Shown here: piece by piece, positions 36,389 to 46,143 of the stretch | Layout of the letters: every line of letters begins with the position of its first letter | How positions within the stretch are numbered: the first letter of the stretch is position 1 | NCBI GenBank assembly: GCA_965204725.1 | Contig: OZ242005.1 | Location: forward strand, 4,192,001 to 4,256,000 | Source of the DNA: Candidatus Latescibacterota bacterium | GTDB lineage: Bacteria; Latescibacterota; UBA2968; UBA8231 | Reading direction: 5' to 3' | Length of the DNA stretch: 64,000 bases | Notes under the pieces: model-generated | The model's input: the letters and a program-made list of their open reading frames with translations, nothing else | Told to the model about the DNA's origin: nothing | Database searches by the model: none | Translations under genes and position numbers: made by a program

Positions 36389-38725
36389 TTATTTAAGCAA
36401 GAGCATCTTGTGGAATAGTGAGACAGTGCCCTTCTGTAGGCGCACGATATAAACTCCTGTGGCCACAGGTTTCCCGCTGGCGTCTGCCCCATCCCATTCA
36501 ACTTGATAAACGCCTAGTCCTGTATAGCCACGGGCGAGCGTCTTCACCTTCTTGCCCTGTACGTCGAAAATTTCTAAGCGCACCCGGCCCGGCTCTTCAA
36601 TGCGGTAGCGGATGGTTGTGGAGCTATTGAAAGGGTTGGGATAGTTCAGACCGAGGGCAAACTTCTGTGGCGCACCGCTTTGGTCGCCTTCCTCCTGCAC
36701 AGCCGTAACACCTCCAGAGGACTGGGCGGCAACCAAGTACACATCGTCGAGATAGAAAGTTCCGCGCAGGGAGCCGATGAAGCGCAGCGACTCAATGGGA
36801 CCGTCGAGTTTGTCCAAGCCGACCTCAAGCACCTGCCACTGATTTAGTTCCCAGTCCAATTGGTCCGTCAAATCCAGCCGGTTGCTGGTATCGCCGTTGA
36901 TAACCCAAGCCAAGGAAGGACGGAAGCCGCCGGTGGCGGTCCCGGGATGCAGGGCCAAGCGCAGCCCGACGTAGCCGACTGGGGCGACCGGAATGCGGGG
37001 CAAGAATTCAATGGTGAAACCGCGAGCTTCCACCCGCATCGCTCGCTGTCCGGCAAAGACGGTATCCGCATGGGTCGGGTCGAGTTGTGCGCTGTAGAGT
37101 GCGCCTTGATCCCAAGCGAGCTCGTCGGCAAAGAGGACTTGATCCTCTCTGGGCAGCACGGCGATAGAATGCACCAGTTTGGTCGCCTCGTCGCCTTGGG
37201 CGAGATGCACCACCAGTTTTTTGCGGCCGTTGTGCTCACCAGCCGAGAGGTCGGCTTCCAAGCGGTAGGTCTGGTCGTCTATTCGTTGCAACGGCCATGC
37301 TTCAGGGCCGCCCAGCGCAGTTAAGTCGGCCGTTAATTGGGCGGACCCAGCGCCTTCTACCTGCCGCTGGAGGCGAATCGTCGCACGCAGGGATAGCATC
37401 GCGCCGACGAGCAGGGTATCGGGGGGGGGGGATTCCCACGTGCCTTGGAGCGGGCTGGCCTCAATGCGGAAGACAGCTTGGGTTAAGTCATCGCTCGTCA
37501 CGTACAGGCCACCCGCCTCGTCGGTAATCAGCCCAACGGGCTTACCCCATACGGTCCTTCCGTTGGGATTGGGACGGAACCCGGTGAGAAAGTCGGCGAT
37601 GCGGGCATTGGATCCATCCGGCTCGGCAAAGAGCGCCATGACCTTGTAGCCGGGATCGTTGCCCAAGACACCGGCGCGGAAGGCGACAAACGCAGCGTGG
37701 CGGTACTGAGGAGGGAACTGGTCATGCTCGTAGAAATGCAGCGCCATGGGCGCCAAGTGGGCGGGGACGAGGGCGGCCGGACGCTCCATGCTGGCAACCA
37801 ATAGCGAGTCGGCACTAGTCAGCGGGAAAATCGCCCGTCGGTAGGCCCCAATGGAGAAATCGGTCCAGACTTGGTAGGCGTAAGCCAAGGGCCAACCATA
37901 GAAGCGGCCATCGCGGAGAGGGGTGATCCACTCCGGCGGCAGGTCTCGGCCTTCGCGGTCGTGTCCATTGCCCGCACCCCACAGCTCGCCGGTGACCGGG
38001 TGCAAGTCGAGGCCGATGGAATTGCGCAGCCCAGAGGCAAAAATTCGTCGGCCCGTGCCATCGGTATTCATCTGTATAATAGTGGACCGCTCCGGGTCGT
38101 CTTCACGGCACAAGTCGCAACTTGAGCCAACGTGGAAGTAGAGCTTGTCGTTGGCCTCGTCGAAGACCAGCGTATGGGTCACGTGCTCAGAGGCGCGTCC
38201 CATAAAGCCGGGCACTTCGGCGAAGACAGCGCGCTCCTCGTAAAAGCCATCCGCGTCCCGGTCTTCGAGGCGGTAAATCGCATCGTCGTCGGCAACGAAA
38301 AGCGCTCCTTGGTAGAAGGCGACGCTGTGGGGCCAGTGAAAATCATCGGCCACCTTGTACACAGTGTCGGCGCGACCATCGCCATCGCGGTCGGGCAAGG
38401 CCAATACCGTACCTTGGCGGCCAGAGGCCGGACGCCATTGATTCCCTCTCTGAGTCTTCATGTTGGCTACGTGCAAGACGCCTTGGTCATCCCAAGCCAT
38501 GAAGCGGGCTTTATCTACTTGATCGGAAAAGAGTTTGACCTTAAAGCCGGGCGGGAGATTGAGGGTGCGGCCGGGGAGACCTTCGACTGGCACAGATTCG
38601 AGGTGAAGGTCAATTTTGGGCGTTAAGCGAATCTGGCCGGGGGGGTACTCGGCGTGAAGGGCAGAACTCGCAAGGATACAGAGCAGGTAGGAAGAAACCA
38701 TGCGGATGGCAGACAGAACAGACAT
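36389..38725 (-). CDS. Secreted glucose/sorbosone dehydrogenase-like beta-propeller protein with FlgD/T9SS-like C-terminal domain
   Basis: LPPGFKV, GSSCDLC.E, GLRNSIG, YGWP, GKPVG; tail NYPNPFNSST.I...WDG....G..VATGVY. Start uncertain (38725 or 38701). Confidence 0.8.
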   Translation of the reverse strand: MSVLSAIRMVSSYLLCILASSALHAEYPPGQIRLTPKIDLHLESVPVEGLPGRTLNLPPGFKVKLFSDQVDKARFMAWDDQGVLHVANMKTQRGNQWRPASGRQGTVLALPDRDGDGRADTVYKVADDFHWPHSVAFYQGALFVADDDAIYRLEDRDADGFYEERAVFAEVPGFMGRASEHVTHTLVFDEANDKLYFHVGSSCDLCREDDPERSTIIQMNTDGTGRRIFASGLRNSIGLDLHPVTGELWGAGNGHDREGRDLPPEWITPLRDGRFYGWPLAYAYQVWTDFSIGAYRRAIFPLTSADSLLVASMERPAALVPAHLAPMALHFYEHDQFPPQYRHAAFVAFRAGVLGNDPGYKVMALFAEPDGSNARIADFLTGFRPNPNGRTVWGKPVGLITDEAGGLYVTSDDLTQAVFRIEASPLQGTWESPPPDTLLVGAMLSLRATIRLQRQVEGAGSAQLTADLTALGGPEAWPLQRIDDQTYRLEADLSAGEHNGRKKLVVHLAQGDEATKLVHSIAVLPREDQVLFADELAWDQGALYSAQLDPTHADTVFAGQRAMRVEARGFTIEFLPRIPVAPVGYVGLRLALHPGTATGGFRPSLAWVINGDTSNRLDLTDQLDWELNQWQVLEVGLDKLDGPIESLRFIGSLRGTFYLDDVYLVAAQSSGGVTAVQEEGDQSGAPQKFALGLNYPNPFNSSTTIRYRIEEPGRVRLEIFDVQGKKVKTLARGYTGLGVYQVEWDGADASGKPVATGVYIVRLQKGTVSLFHKMLLLK

Positions 38726-38744
38726 GAGAAACTCCAGCGTTCTA

Positions 38745-38801
38745 GGGGTCATTCCCGCGAACGGACGTCACCCCGTGCTCCGACACGGGGCGGGAATCCA
38801 G
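38745..38801. repeat. REP-like palindrome with a second palindrome nested in its loop
   Basis: GGGGTCATTCCCGCGAA-[CGGACGTCACCCCGTGCTCCGACACGGG]-GCGGGAATCCAG; outer arms match 24511-24540. Confidence 0.7.
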
Positions 38802-38925
38802 AAAAGGACCAAGCCGACGCCTGTCAGCTTGAGCTTGAGATACGAGCCTTATTAGATTAAACAAAAACTTGGACTGCGTAAAAGAGTCGCTGGCAAACTC
38901 GGCGACTGGCTCGAGGAGCAGAATA

Positions 38926-40950
38926 GTGCATAAACGGTCAATTCTCATCGCGCTCGTGCTGACTACAGCACCGGCATCCGCCCAGATTTCGCTGTGGAAA
39001 CTAGGCGGGCAGGGCTTGCCTTGGAGTCAGAACGACAGCAGTGAAGTCTTTATCGACTTCGAGACCTTTCCTCGCTCCATAGCACCGACCTATTTTGATG
39101 GCAAAGAGAATATCCTCTCCCAGCTTCCCTTTTGGTCGCCTTTCAAGTTTCCCATCGACTTGGGCTACGAAGACGGCCTCATTCCGCGAGTCTGGCGTGC
39201 GGCCAACGGCTTCTATTGGTTCACGGCTGGAACCCTGACGACCGAGTGGGTTGACGGCGACAGTTCTTCTTACAGCCCTCCGGTGGCGCGTGGCATCAAC
39301 TCGGAGTGGTACACCTTTGATGTAGGGGTCCCAGTGCCAGCCGACCTAGTCGGGTTCTACACACCGCCGCACGGGTTCCGCGCCGACGGTACGCTTTTGC
39401 GCGACGATATCTTCAAGGCGTTTGAAGTCTCAATCGCCGAGGAGTTCGATCCAGTCCTCAACCGAGAGAACAACGACAACGACTATCACCGACTAGAGAA
39501 GCTAGTCGCCGATGTACCGCTCAATTTCGACGCCAACGTTCAACTCGAATTTCCCAAACAGTACGTGCGTTTTATACGCCTCCAGCGCAAGCCCTCCATC
39601 GACGATAAAGCCTTTGCCTCGGGCCAAGCCAATGTCCAGCAGGGGACCATCGGCGAATTTGAGCTCAAAGGGGAAGGGGTGCCCAAACGGGTGTTTTACC
39701 TCTCTAAGATCATCTTCCTAGGCCGCACGGTGAATTTCGGGCGTCTATTCTGGGACGCCGCCCCCATGCGGATGATCGATGGCGTCCCCACCCCCGTTGA
39801 CGACGCCCAAGCCCGACTCGCAATCTCCGTGCGCTCGGGCCGCGACGACGACCCCAATGTCTATCACGAGTTTACAGACACCGGGGCCGAGCGAACGGTC
39901 TCTCGCGAGCGCTTTGAGAACGAACTCAAGCAACCAGACCAGAGTACCGGCGGCCAGATCCAAGAGGGTAAGCCCGGCCTTAGAGCCTCGATCAGTTACG
40001 ACCAAGACAACTGGACCTTCTGGTCTTTTCCCATCGCTAGATCGGGGCAGCTCTCCCCGCTGGAACGCGGGAACCACATCCAAGTGCGACTCACCTTTGA
40101 GAGCAGTTCCTTCTTCGACTTCGTGCGGCTCGACTCGCTGTGGGTTGAGATTGCCCCGCCGTTGGCTTCGCAAGTCATAGGCGAGATCGCCCGCTTTGAC
40201 GAACCGACGCCGGACGGCGGCCTGACCGAGGTGTACTTAGGGGAGACGACGGACTTTACTTACGATGTCCGTGCCGAGTTCGACGCGGCAAGCCAGCCGG
40301 GCTTCGACACCATCCGGATCCGCACGGGCAGCCGCCCCCGGTTCAAACGGCTAGAGATGGGCCAGCCACTCCAAGCACTAGACCCCGCCGAAGTAGTCGA
40401 GGGAGAAAACGAGCTAGTCGTGCATCTGCCGCAGGCGGTCACGCGCAGCCGCAACCAACCAGTGCGGCTGGTCTTCGGCACAGAGGTTTTCATCTTTGCC
40501 AACACGTTTGCCGGCGAGGTTCTCGACACGAGCGGAGAGAGTCTTCCGCAGCAGATTGAGGCCGGCAACGCCACCGACGAGGTCAACACCAACAGCCTGC
40601 GGGTTTTGGGTGGTGCCCAAGAGGCCGGAGCACCCATCGAAAACCTATCCTTTTCAAGCGAGGTATTGACCCCTAATGGAGATGGCACCAACGATGTCTT
40701 GGCTATCAACTATACCTTGTTCCGCCTGCCCGGGCCGGTGCCTGTGGCTCTCAACATCTACAACTTGCGCGGCGTCCGGGTCGGCGGTCTAGAAGTTGGA
40801 ATGCAGGATGCCGGGCCGCAAACCGTGCAATGGGACGGCCGCGATGCGAGCGGCGAGTTATTGGTCCCAGGTTTGTACCTAGTAGAGGTCGCCCTCAAGT
40901 CGGAATTCAAAACCTACCGCCACCAGCAGCCGTTGGGCTTGGCTTACTAG
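38926..40950 (+). CDS. Secreted hypothetical protein with C-terminal FlgD Ig-like domain
   Basis: GAGGAG RBS plus GTG; signal peptide ..ASA-Q; tail TPNGDGTND...WDGRD..G.L..PGLY. Confidence 0.75.
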   Translation: MHKRSILIALVLTTAPASAQISLWKLGGQGLPWSQNDSSEVFIDFETFPRSIAPTYFDGKENILSQLPFWSPFKFPIDLGYEDGLIPRVWRAANGFYWFTAGTLTTEWVDGDSSSYSPPVARGINSEWYTFDVGVPVPADLVGFYTPPHGFRADGTLLRDDIFKAFEVSIAEEFDPVLNRENNDNDYHRLEKLVADVPLNFDANVQLEFPKQYVRFIRLQRKPSIDDKAFASGQANVQQGTIGEFELKGEGVPKRVFYLSKIIFLGRTVNFGRLFWDAAPMRMIDGVPTPVDDAQARLAISVRSGRDDDPNVYHEFTDTGAERTVSRERFENELKQPDQSTGGQIQEGKPGLRASISYDQDNWTFWSFPIARSGQLSPLERGNHIQVRLTFESSSFFDFVRLDSLWVEIAPPLASQVIGEIARFDEPTPDGGLTEVYLGETTDFTYDVRAEFDAASQPGFDTIRIRTGSRPRFKRLEMGQPLQALDPAEVVEGENELVVHLPQAVTRSRNQPVRLVFGTEVFIFANTFAGEVLDTSGESLPQQIEAGNATDEVNTNSLRVLGGAQEAGAPIENLSFSSEVLTPNGDGTNDVLAINYTLFRLPGPVPVALNIYNLRGVRVGGLEVGMQDAGPQTVQWDGRDASGELLVPGLYLVEVALKSEFKTYRHQQPLGLAY

Positions 40951-40989
40951 GCCTAGCCCCGATTGGTCCCCATCGCCTTTTCCTTTTCA

Positions 40990-41577
40990 ATGCCTAGTAG
41001 AGATATAAGCCGCTTGGGCGAAGACATTGTGTTTGAAGAGACCCTCAGGGGGCACACTTTTACCTTTCACTCCACTTGGGGGCTTTTCAACCCCAAGCGC
41101 ATCGACCCCGGTACGCGGCTGCTCATCGACCATATCAAAGCCGGGCCTACCGACTGTTGCCTCGACTTAGGATGTGGATATGGTCCTATCGGCTTGGCGT
41201 TGGCTTTTCTCTGCTCTGAGGGCGAGGTCCACCTAATTGATAAGGACTTTGTCGCTGTCAACTACGCGGCACAAAACGCCGAGCGCAACGGATTGGCCAA
41301 TTGTCGCGCCTATTTGAGCAACGCCTTCAGCCACGTGCCCGCACACGTGCGCTTTGACACGATTGCCTCCAACCTGCCCGCAAAAACAGGCAACGAACTC
41401 CTGACGATCATCATGCACGATGCCTGCGCCCGCCTCAAGCCGGGCGGGCATCTATGGGTCGTCACCATTGCCGGGCTGAAGGAGTACATCAAGCGCAGTT
41501 TCAAGGAGGTCTTCGGCAACTACAAGAAGATCAAACAGCGGGGGACTTACCTAGTATCGCTAGCAGTTAAAGAGTAG
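40990..41577 (+). CDS. Small class I SAM methyltransferase (RsmC/MTS-like)
   Basis: GLF....IDPGT, LDLGCGYG, SNLP. Confidence 0.85.
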   Translation: MPSRDISRLGEDIVFEETLRGHTFTFHSTWGLFNPKRIDPGTRLLIDHIKAGPTDCCLDLGCGYGPIGLALAFLCSEGEVHLIDKDFVAVNYAAQNAERNGLANCRAYLSNAFSHVPAHVRFDTIASNLPAKTGNELLTIIMHDACARLKPGGHLWVVTIAGLKEYIKRSFKEVFGNYKKIKQRGTYLVSLAVKE

Positions 41578-41578
41578 G

Positions 41579-42631
41579 TTATAGCAATTCCTCGTTTACT
41601 TCGACGCCAAAGCCCGAGCCTTCGGGCAGAACTAAGTGCCCCTCCCGGGGTTGTGGCTCACCTAGCCACAGCTCGTCGCGCACCGCACCGCGCCAGCCCA
41701 TGACCACTTCGGCCAAGTTGTCGCCGTAGCCCGCCGCCAAAAGGTGCAGACCCCAAATCTCGCCGCCGCGGTGAGGGACCAAGGGGACGCCGTGCGTTTG
41801 GGCCAGCTCGGCAATGCGCAGTGCCGCCGTCAAACCGCCGCACCAAGTGACGTCCGGTTGCCACAAATCCAGTGCCCGCGCACTGGCGATATGACCGAAA
41901 TCTCGCACGGTGAATTCGTGTTCGCCGCCAGCTAACAAAATGGGGTGAATCTGCGGCCGCAACGCCGCCAAGCCAGCCAAGTCGTCGGGCAACAGCACGT
42001 CTTCAAACCAATATATGTTGAATGGCGCGAGTTGCTGCGCTACGACCAAGGCAAAGTCGGGCGACCACGACATGTAGGCGTCAATCATCAAGAGCGCGTC
42101 TTTGCCCAAGGTCTGGTGCGCTCCTTGGGCCCACTCGAGTATGCGCGCCGCGTCTTCCGCTTGGCTTTCTCTCCGCGTCTGCGAAGACTTATGGGCGTCA
42201 AAGCCCAAGTCGCGATACCAAGCACAATCTGGGCCGGTGGCGTAGGCCCGCACCTCGTCTCGCTGCCGCCCCCCTAGCAAGTCGCAGACGGATTGCTCTT
42301 CTGCCCGGCCCAAGACATCCCACAATGCCAAGTCCACGCCGCTGATGGCCATGACGGCGATCCCGCTACGGCCGTAGGGCAGGCTGGCCTTGTATTGGTC
42401 GTCCCAGAGTTGGGCGACATCTTCAATGCTGTTGATGCTGCGCCCCACCAGCAACTCGCGCAGGTGGCGGTTGATCACCTCTACGGCAGCAATCCCGCCG
42501 CCACCCGCTCCCCAGCCGCTAACGCCGACGTCCGTATCTATGCGCACGACCATCTGCCAAAAGTGTCGGCGCCAAGCAGCGGGCGCGACGCGATAGCGGG
42601 GATACACGGACCGCACTTCGGTTATTTTCAT
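41579..42631 (-). CDS. Mandelate racemase/enolase family dehydratase (L-rhamnonate dehydratase-like)
   Basis: YGRSG...MAISGVDLALWD, MIDAYM, WFED, GGEHEFT, QPDVTWCGG, PH. Confidence 0.85.
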   Translation of the reverse strand: MKITEVRSVYPRYRVAPAAWRRHFWQMVVRIDTDVGVSGWGAGGGGIAAVEVINRHLRELLVGRSINSIEDVAQLWDDQYKASLPYGRSGIAVMAISGVDLALWDVLGRAEEQSVCDLLGGRQRDEVRAYATGPDCAWYRDLGFDAHKSSQTRRESQAEDAARILEWAQGAHQTLGKDALLMIDAYMSWSPDFALVVAQQLAPFNIYWFEDVLLPDDLAGLAALRPQIHPILLAGGEHEFTVRDFGHIASARALDLWQPDVTWCGGLTAALRIAELAQTHGVPLVPHRGGEIWGLHLLAAGYGDNLAEVVMGWRGAVRDELWLGEPQPREGHLVLPEGSGFGVEVNEELL

Positions 42632-42752
42632 GCGTAACCCCTTGGGTACATTTTTGTTTCCATAGCCTTACACTTTGGTAATAATCCGCCTCGTGCTGTA
42701 TTATTTACATATCCAAACACCTTGTATTTTATATCCCCATTAGGAGCAGCCC

Positions 42753-43964
42753 ATGTCCTTAGGACGCAACCTAAAAGAGCTGCGACAGAAACAATCGCTC
42801 AATCAGAAAGACCTCTCAGATCGCTCCGGCGTCTCCCAAGCCACCATCTCCCGCATTGAAACGGGCCGAGTGCGCCAGCCGGGTTCGTCTGCTCTAAAAA
42901 GTTTAGCTGATGCCCTCTGCGTCTCGACCGACTCCCTAATGGACGATAAGGGACACCTAGCCCAAGTCCACAAAGGCCGTTTGCATCAAATCGCCGAGAC
43001 CCTTAACGGCTTTGTCATCCACAAAAACGGACAACTGCTCTTCATCAGCCAGACCTTGGCCGACCTACTGGGGTATCGCGGGGAAGAATTGCTCGCCAAA
43101 GACGTCATTGAGCTCGTGTTCGCTCCTCAGTTCCGTCTCACCGCTCGGCATATCGTTGCTAGCGGCTCGTCCAATGCCTACGAAGTGCTCATGGTGTGTA
43201 GTGACGGCAACCTTCTTCCCGCTGAGATCAACAACGTCAACATCAGCGAAAAAGTGCGCTTGGTCACTGTGCGCGACATTACGGCTCACTGCTGTCAGCA
43301 AGGGGCCTTCCGCGTCTTGCAGGCTGGTTGCGAAGCGGAAAAAGTGCGCGATCTAGGCAAGGTCGTACGCATTCTGGGCGACGAGCTAGAGGCCATGGGC
43401 GTCCAATTCGAGGCGGTTGACCTACAGGTCATTGACGAACAAAGAAACCTCTTGGCTTGCTATCGCGCCCATTCCGAAGCACGGGGCTACCACTCCTTAC
43501 AGAACGCGGTACATCTCCGAGAATCGCTCGGGCACTTTGCTTCTCTGCGGAGGTTGCTTAGCCACTGGCACCGCCAAAAGGTCTGGGAGCGCAAGGCCGA
43601 CGAGGACTTTCAACAGGCGACCCAAGAAATTTTCTCGGACTCGGTATATCGCCCCGGACTGCTGATTGACGTGCCCTTTGCACAGGGCATGCTAGGGCTG
43701 GGGCTACCCATGAGCTTACCTAGGCTCCCCAAACAGCTAGCGACCATATTGGACGAGTTCGCCCGTTCTATCTCTTTGGTTGTCAAGCGGCTGCTCGAGC
43801 TTCAATCGCTACGCGAAAAGCTCGACTCTATCCCCATCAGCCCTACGGCTCCTGCCCCAACAGCAGACCTAAAAGAACTTGTCGTTGCTCCCTCTAAGGC
43901 TATGACCGTACTTCCTCCGGGCGAACTTTCCGCTGGTCCGAGGGTCGCGGAGGGGCCTTCTTGA
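42753..43964 (+). CDS. XRE helix-turn-helix regulator with PAS domain
   Basis: LRQKQSLNQKDLS..SGVSQATISRIE; PAS-like LLGY..EEL...VRDIT; AGGAG RBS. Confidence 0.8.
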   Translation: MSLGRNLKELRQKQSLNQKDLSDRSGVSQATISRIETGRVRQPGSSALKSLADALCVSTDSLMDDKGHLAQVHKGRLHQIAETLNGFVIHKNGQLLFISQTLADLLGYRGEELLAKDVIELVFAPQFRLTARHIVASGSSNAYEVLMVCSDGNLLPAEINNVNISEKVRLVTVRDITAHCCQQGAFRVLQAGCEAEKVRDLGKVVRILGDELEAMGVQFEAVDLQVIDEQRNLLACYRAHSEARGYHSLQNAVHLRESLGHFASLRRLLSHWHRQKVWERKADEDFQQATQEIFSDSVYRPGLLIDVPFAQGMLGLGLPMSLPRLPKQLATILDEFARSISLVVKRLLELQSLREKLDSIPISPTAPAPTADLKELVVAPSKAMTVLPPGELSAGPRVAEGPS

Positions 43965-43979
43965 TGCGGGGGCGATCGC

Positions 43980-45302
43980 CTACGGCTCAAGCGTCAGGTT
44001 CGCTGCGCGCTGCAACTCCTCTACCACCTGCTCGATGTCCCCGCCTTCAATCGCCTCTACCATCGCCTCTTGAATTAACCGCCGCACTTGTTCGTACCCA
44101 GCTATCGTCGGCTCCGATTTTCCGTATTCCAACATTCCAAACGCCACTCCGTAATGCGGGTTTTCCTCGAAGTAGCTTTCCAACTCCCGCGCCGTACTCT
44201 GGCGCACTGGAAAGTAGTTGCTTGCCCGCACCCACCGCGCTTGTTGCTCGGGCGCAGTAAACCACTTGAGGAAAAGCCAAGCCGCTAGCTGTTTTTCGGG
44301 CGTACCAGCGCAGATTGACACGCTGGCCCCATACACGTCAACGACCGGCCTCGGTCCAGTCTGCGGCGGATGGGTTACTCCCCACTCGAAGACCAGCCCA
44401 GAGTCCTCAATGCCGCTCTTGTAAAAGGGTAGGCCGGAGGAAGAGTCCTGAGAGAAGAGAACCTGACCGGTGACAAACTCGTTTAGCTCGGCATCCCGTT
44501 CGCCGGCGATGTGTATCGCGCCGTCCTGTGCTAGCTCCTGTATCAGCTCCAGCACCGCTTTCGCTTCTGGCGAATCCAGCGTGTAGGTGGTGCCGGTCGC
44601 ATCTACTAGGTCGCCGCCGCGGCTGAAGACCATCGCGGCGAATCGGCTGGCGTCAACATCGAGCAAAAAGCCCAAGCTGCGGGCTGGGTCTTCGTTTTTG
44701 CTAAAGGGTTGCTCTTTGGCCAAGCGGCACATCGCGGCAAAATCGTCCCAAGTCGCGGGTGGATCGTCGTAGCCCAGCTCGCGCAACCAATCAAAATTGT
44801 AGTAGAGCAATTCCATCGAGCGATTCGGCGGGAAGCCAATCTGCACTCCGCCGACATTGTCCTGCTCCAGAAACGCCTCGACATAGTCGCCGCGCTCTTC
44901 GGGCGACAATCCCCATTTGGGCGAGTCCATATAGGGCGTTATATCCACTATGCCGTCGGCTTGGTAGTACGCTAGGGCTTGGTTTTGGTAGGCTACGACC
45001 AAGTTGGCAGCCAGCGAACCGCTCTGGATACCCACGTTCATCTTGTTGTAGATGTCCCCATAGCGCCCCACGTACTCGCCGCGGACCTCAATCCCATAGC
45101 GGTTCGTCTGGTTAAAGTCGGCAATCAGGGCTTGCAGGGCCTCTTCGCGCTCTCGGGTGTGTTGATACCAAAAGACGACTTTCTGGCCTTGCGGATCGAG
45201 GGCTTCGACACTGGTCTGCTGCTCGTAAACAACCTCTTGCGAGCCGCCACAGGCCCCCAGCAAGGCACACCAAACTAACATCATCGCACTTTTCAGCTTC
45301 AT
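43980..45302 (-). CDS. Carbohydrate ABC transporter substrate-binding lipoprotein (family 1)
   Basis: Lipobox LGAC, LYYN, PPATWDD, AAWLFLKW, YFPVR. Confidence 0.88.
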   Translation of the reverse strand: MKLKSAMMLVWCALLGACGGSQEVVYEQQTSVEALDPQGQKVVFWYQHTREREEALQALIADFNQTNRYGIEVRGEYVGRYGDIYNKMNVGIQSGSLAANLVVAYQNQALAYYQADGIVDITPYMDSPKWGLSPEERGDYVEAFLEQDNVGGVQIGFPPNRSMELLYYNFDWLRELGYDDPPATWDDFAAMCRLAKEQPFSKNEDPARSLGFLLDVDASRFAAMVFSRGGDLVDATGTTYTLDSPEAKAVLELIQELAQDGAIHIAGERDAELNEFVTGQVLFSQDSSSGLPFYKSGIEDSGLVFEWGVTHPPQTGPRPVVDVYGASVSICAGTPEKQLAAWLFLKWFTAPEQQARWVRASNYFPVRQSTARELESYFEENPHYGVAFGMLEYGKSEPTIAGYEQVRRLIQEAMVEAIEGGDIEQVVEELQRAANLTLEP

Positions 45303-45306
45303 CGCT

Positions 45307-46143
45307 TTATCCTTTGAACCCAGATATGGAAATGCCTTCCGTGAATTCGCGCTGAATGAGAAAATACGCCAAGAGTACGGGAGCGGTCGCGATAACGGCC
45401 CCGGCCATTTGCAGGTGTACCTCGGTCCCGGCCTCACTGGCAAACTGCTGCAAACCCACTGCGATCGGACGCCAATCAGGCGTATTGGTCACCAGTAAAG
45501 GCCAAGCCAAGGCGTTCCAAGAACCAATATACGTAAACATGCCAACCGTCAAGAGGGGTGCCCGGCACAGGGGGACCGCGATCTGAAACAGAAAGCGCAC
45601 ATGACCGGCTCCCTCAATTCGGGCCGCATCCCACAATTCGTTGGGCAGGCCGCGCATAAACTGACGCAAGAGAAAAATGCTAAAGGCACTAGCCATAAAG
45701 GGAATGGTCAGGGCCGGCCAGCTATTGAGCCAAGCAAACGGCGTATTGCGGTGTAGCCAAGTCACGACGAGAAAATTCGGCACGATGGTCACAGCTTCGG
45801 GGATCATCAGTGTAGCCAAGATGCCGGTAAAGACCGCATCTCGTCCGCGGAACTGCATCCGCGCCAGCGGGTAAGCCGCCATAAGCGAGAACAGCAGCGT
45901 CCCGCTGACCTGTAGGATGGCGATGATCAGCGAATTCTCAAAGTAGAGACCAAAATCCGCTTCTTGCCAAGCGGTGATATAATTGTCCCATTGTACGCGC
46001 TCGGGCAGCAAGACCCGCCGCAGTGATTCCCCGCGGCTCATAAAAGAGGCCAAAAGCATCCATGCGAACGGAAAGCTCGCGACCAGCCCCCCCAAGCTCA
46101 AACCGCAGTAAATCAGCCCCGCTTTGCCGACCCTAGTTGCCAT
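45307..46143 (-). CDS. Carbohydrate ABC transporter permease
   Basis: EAA-type loop DAARIEGA; NS, WN..WPL. Confidence 0.92.
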   Translation of the reverse strand: MATRVGKAGLIYCGLSLGGLVASFPFAWMLLASFMSRGESLRRVLLPERVQWDNYITAWQEADFGLYFENSLIIAILQVSGTLLFSLMAAYPLARMQFRGRDAVFTGILATLMIPEAVTIVPNFLVVTWLHRNTPFAWLNSWPALTIPFMASAFSIFLLRQFMRGLPNELWDAARIEGAGHVRFLFQIAVPLCRAPLLTVGMFTYIGSWNALAWPLLVTNTPDWRPIAVGLQQFASEAGTEVHLQMAGAVIATAPVLLAYFLIQREFTEGISISGFKG

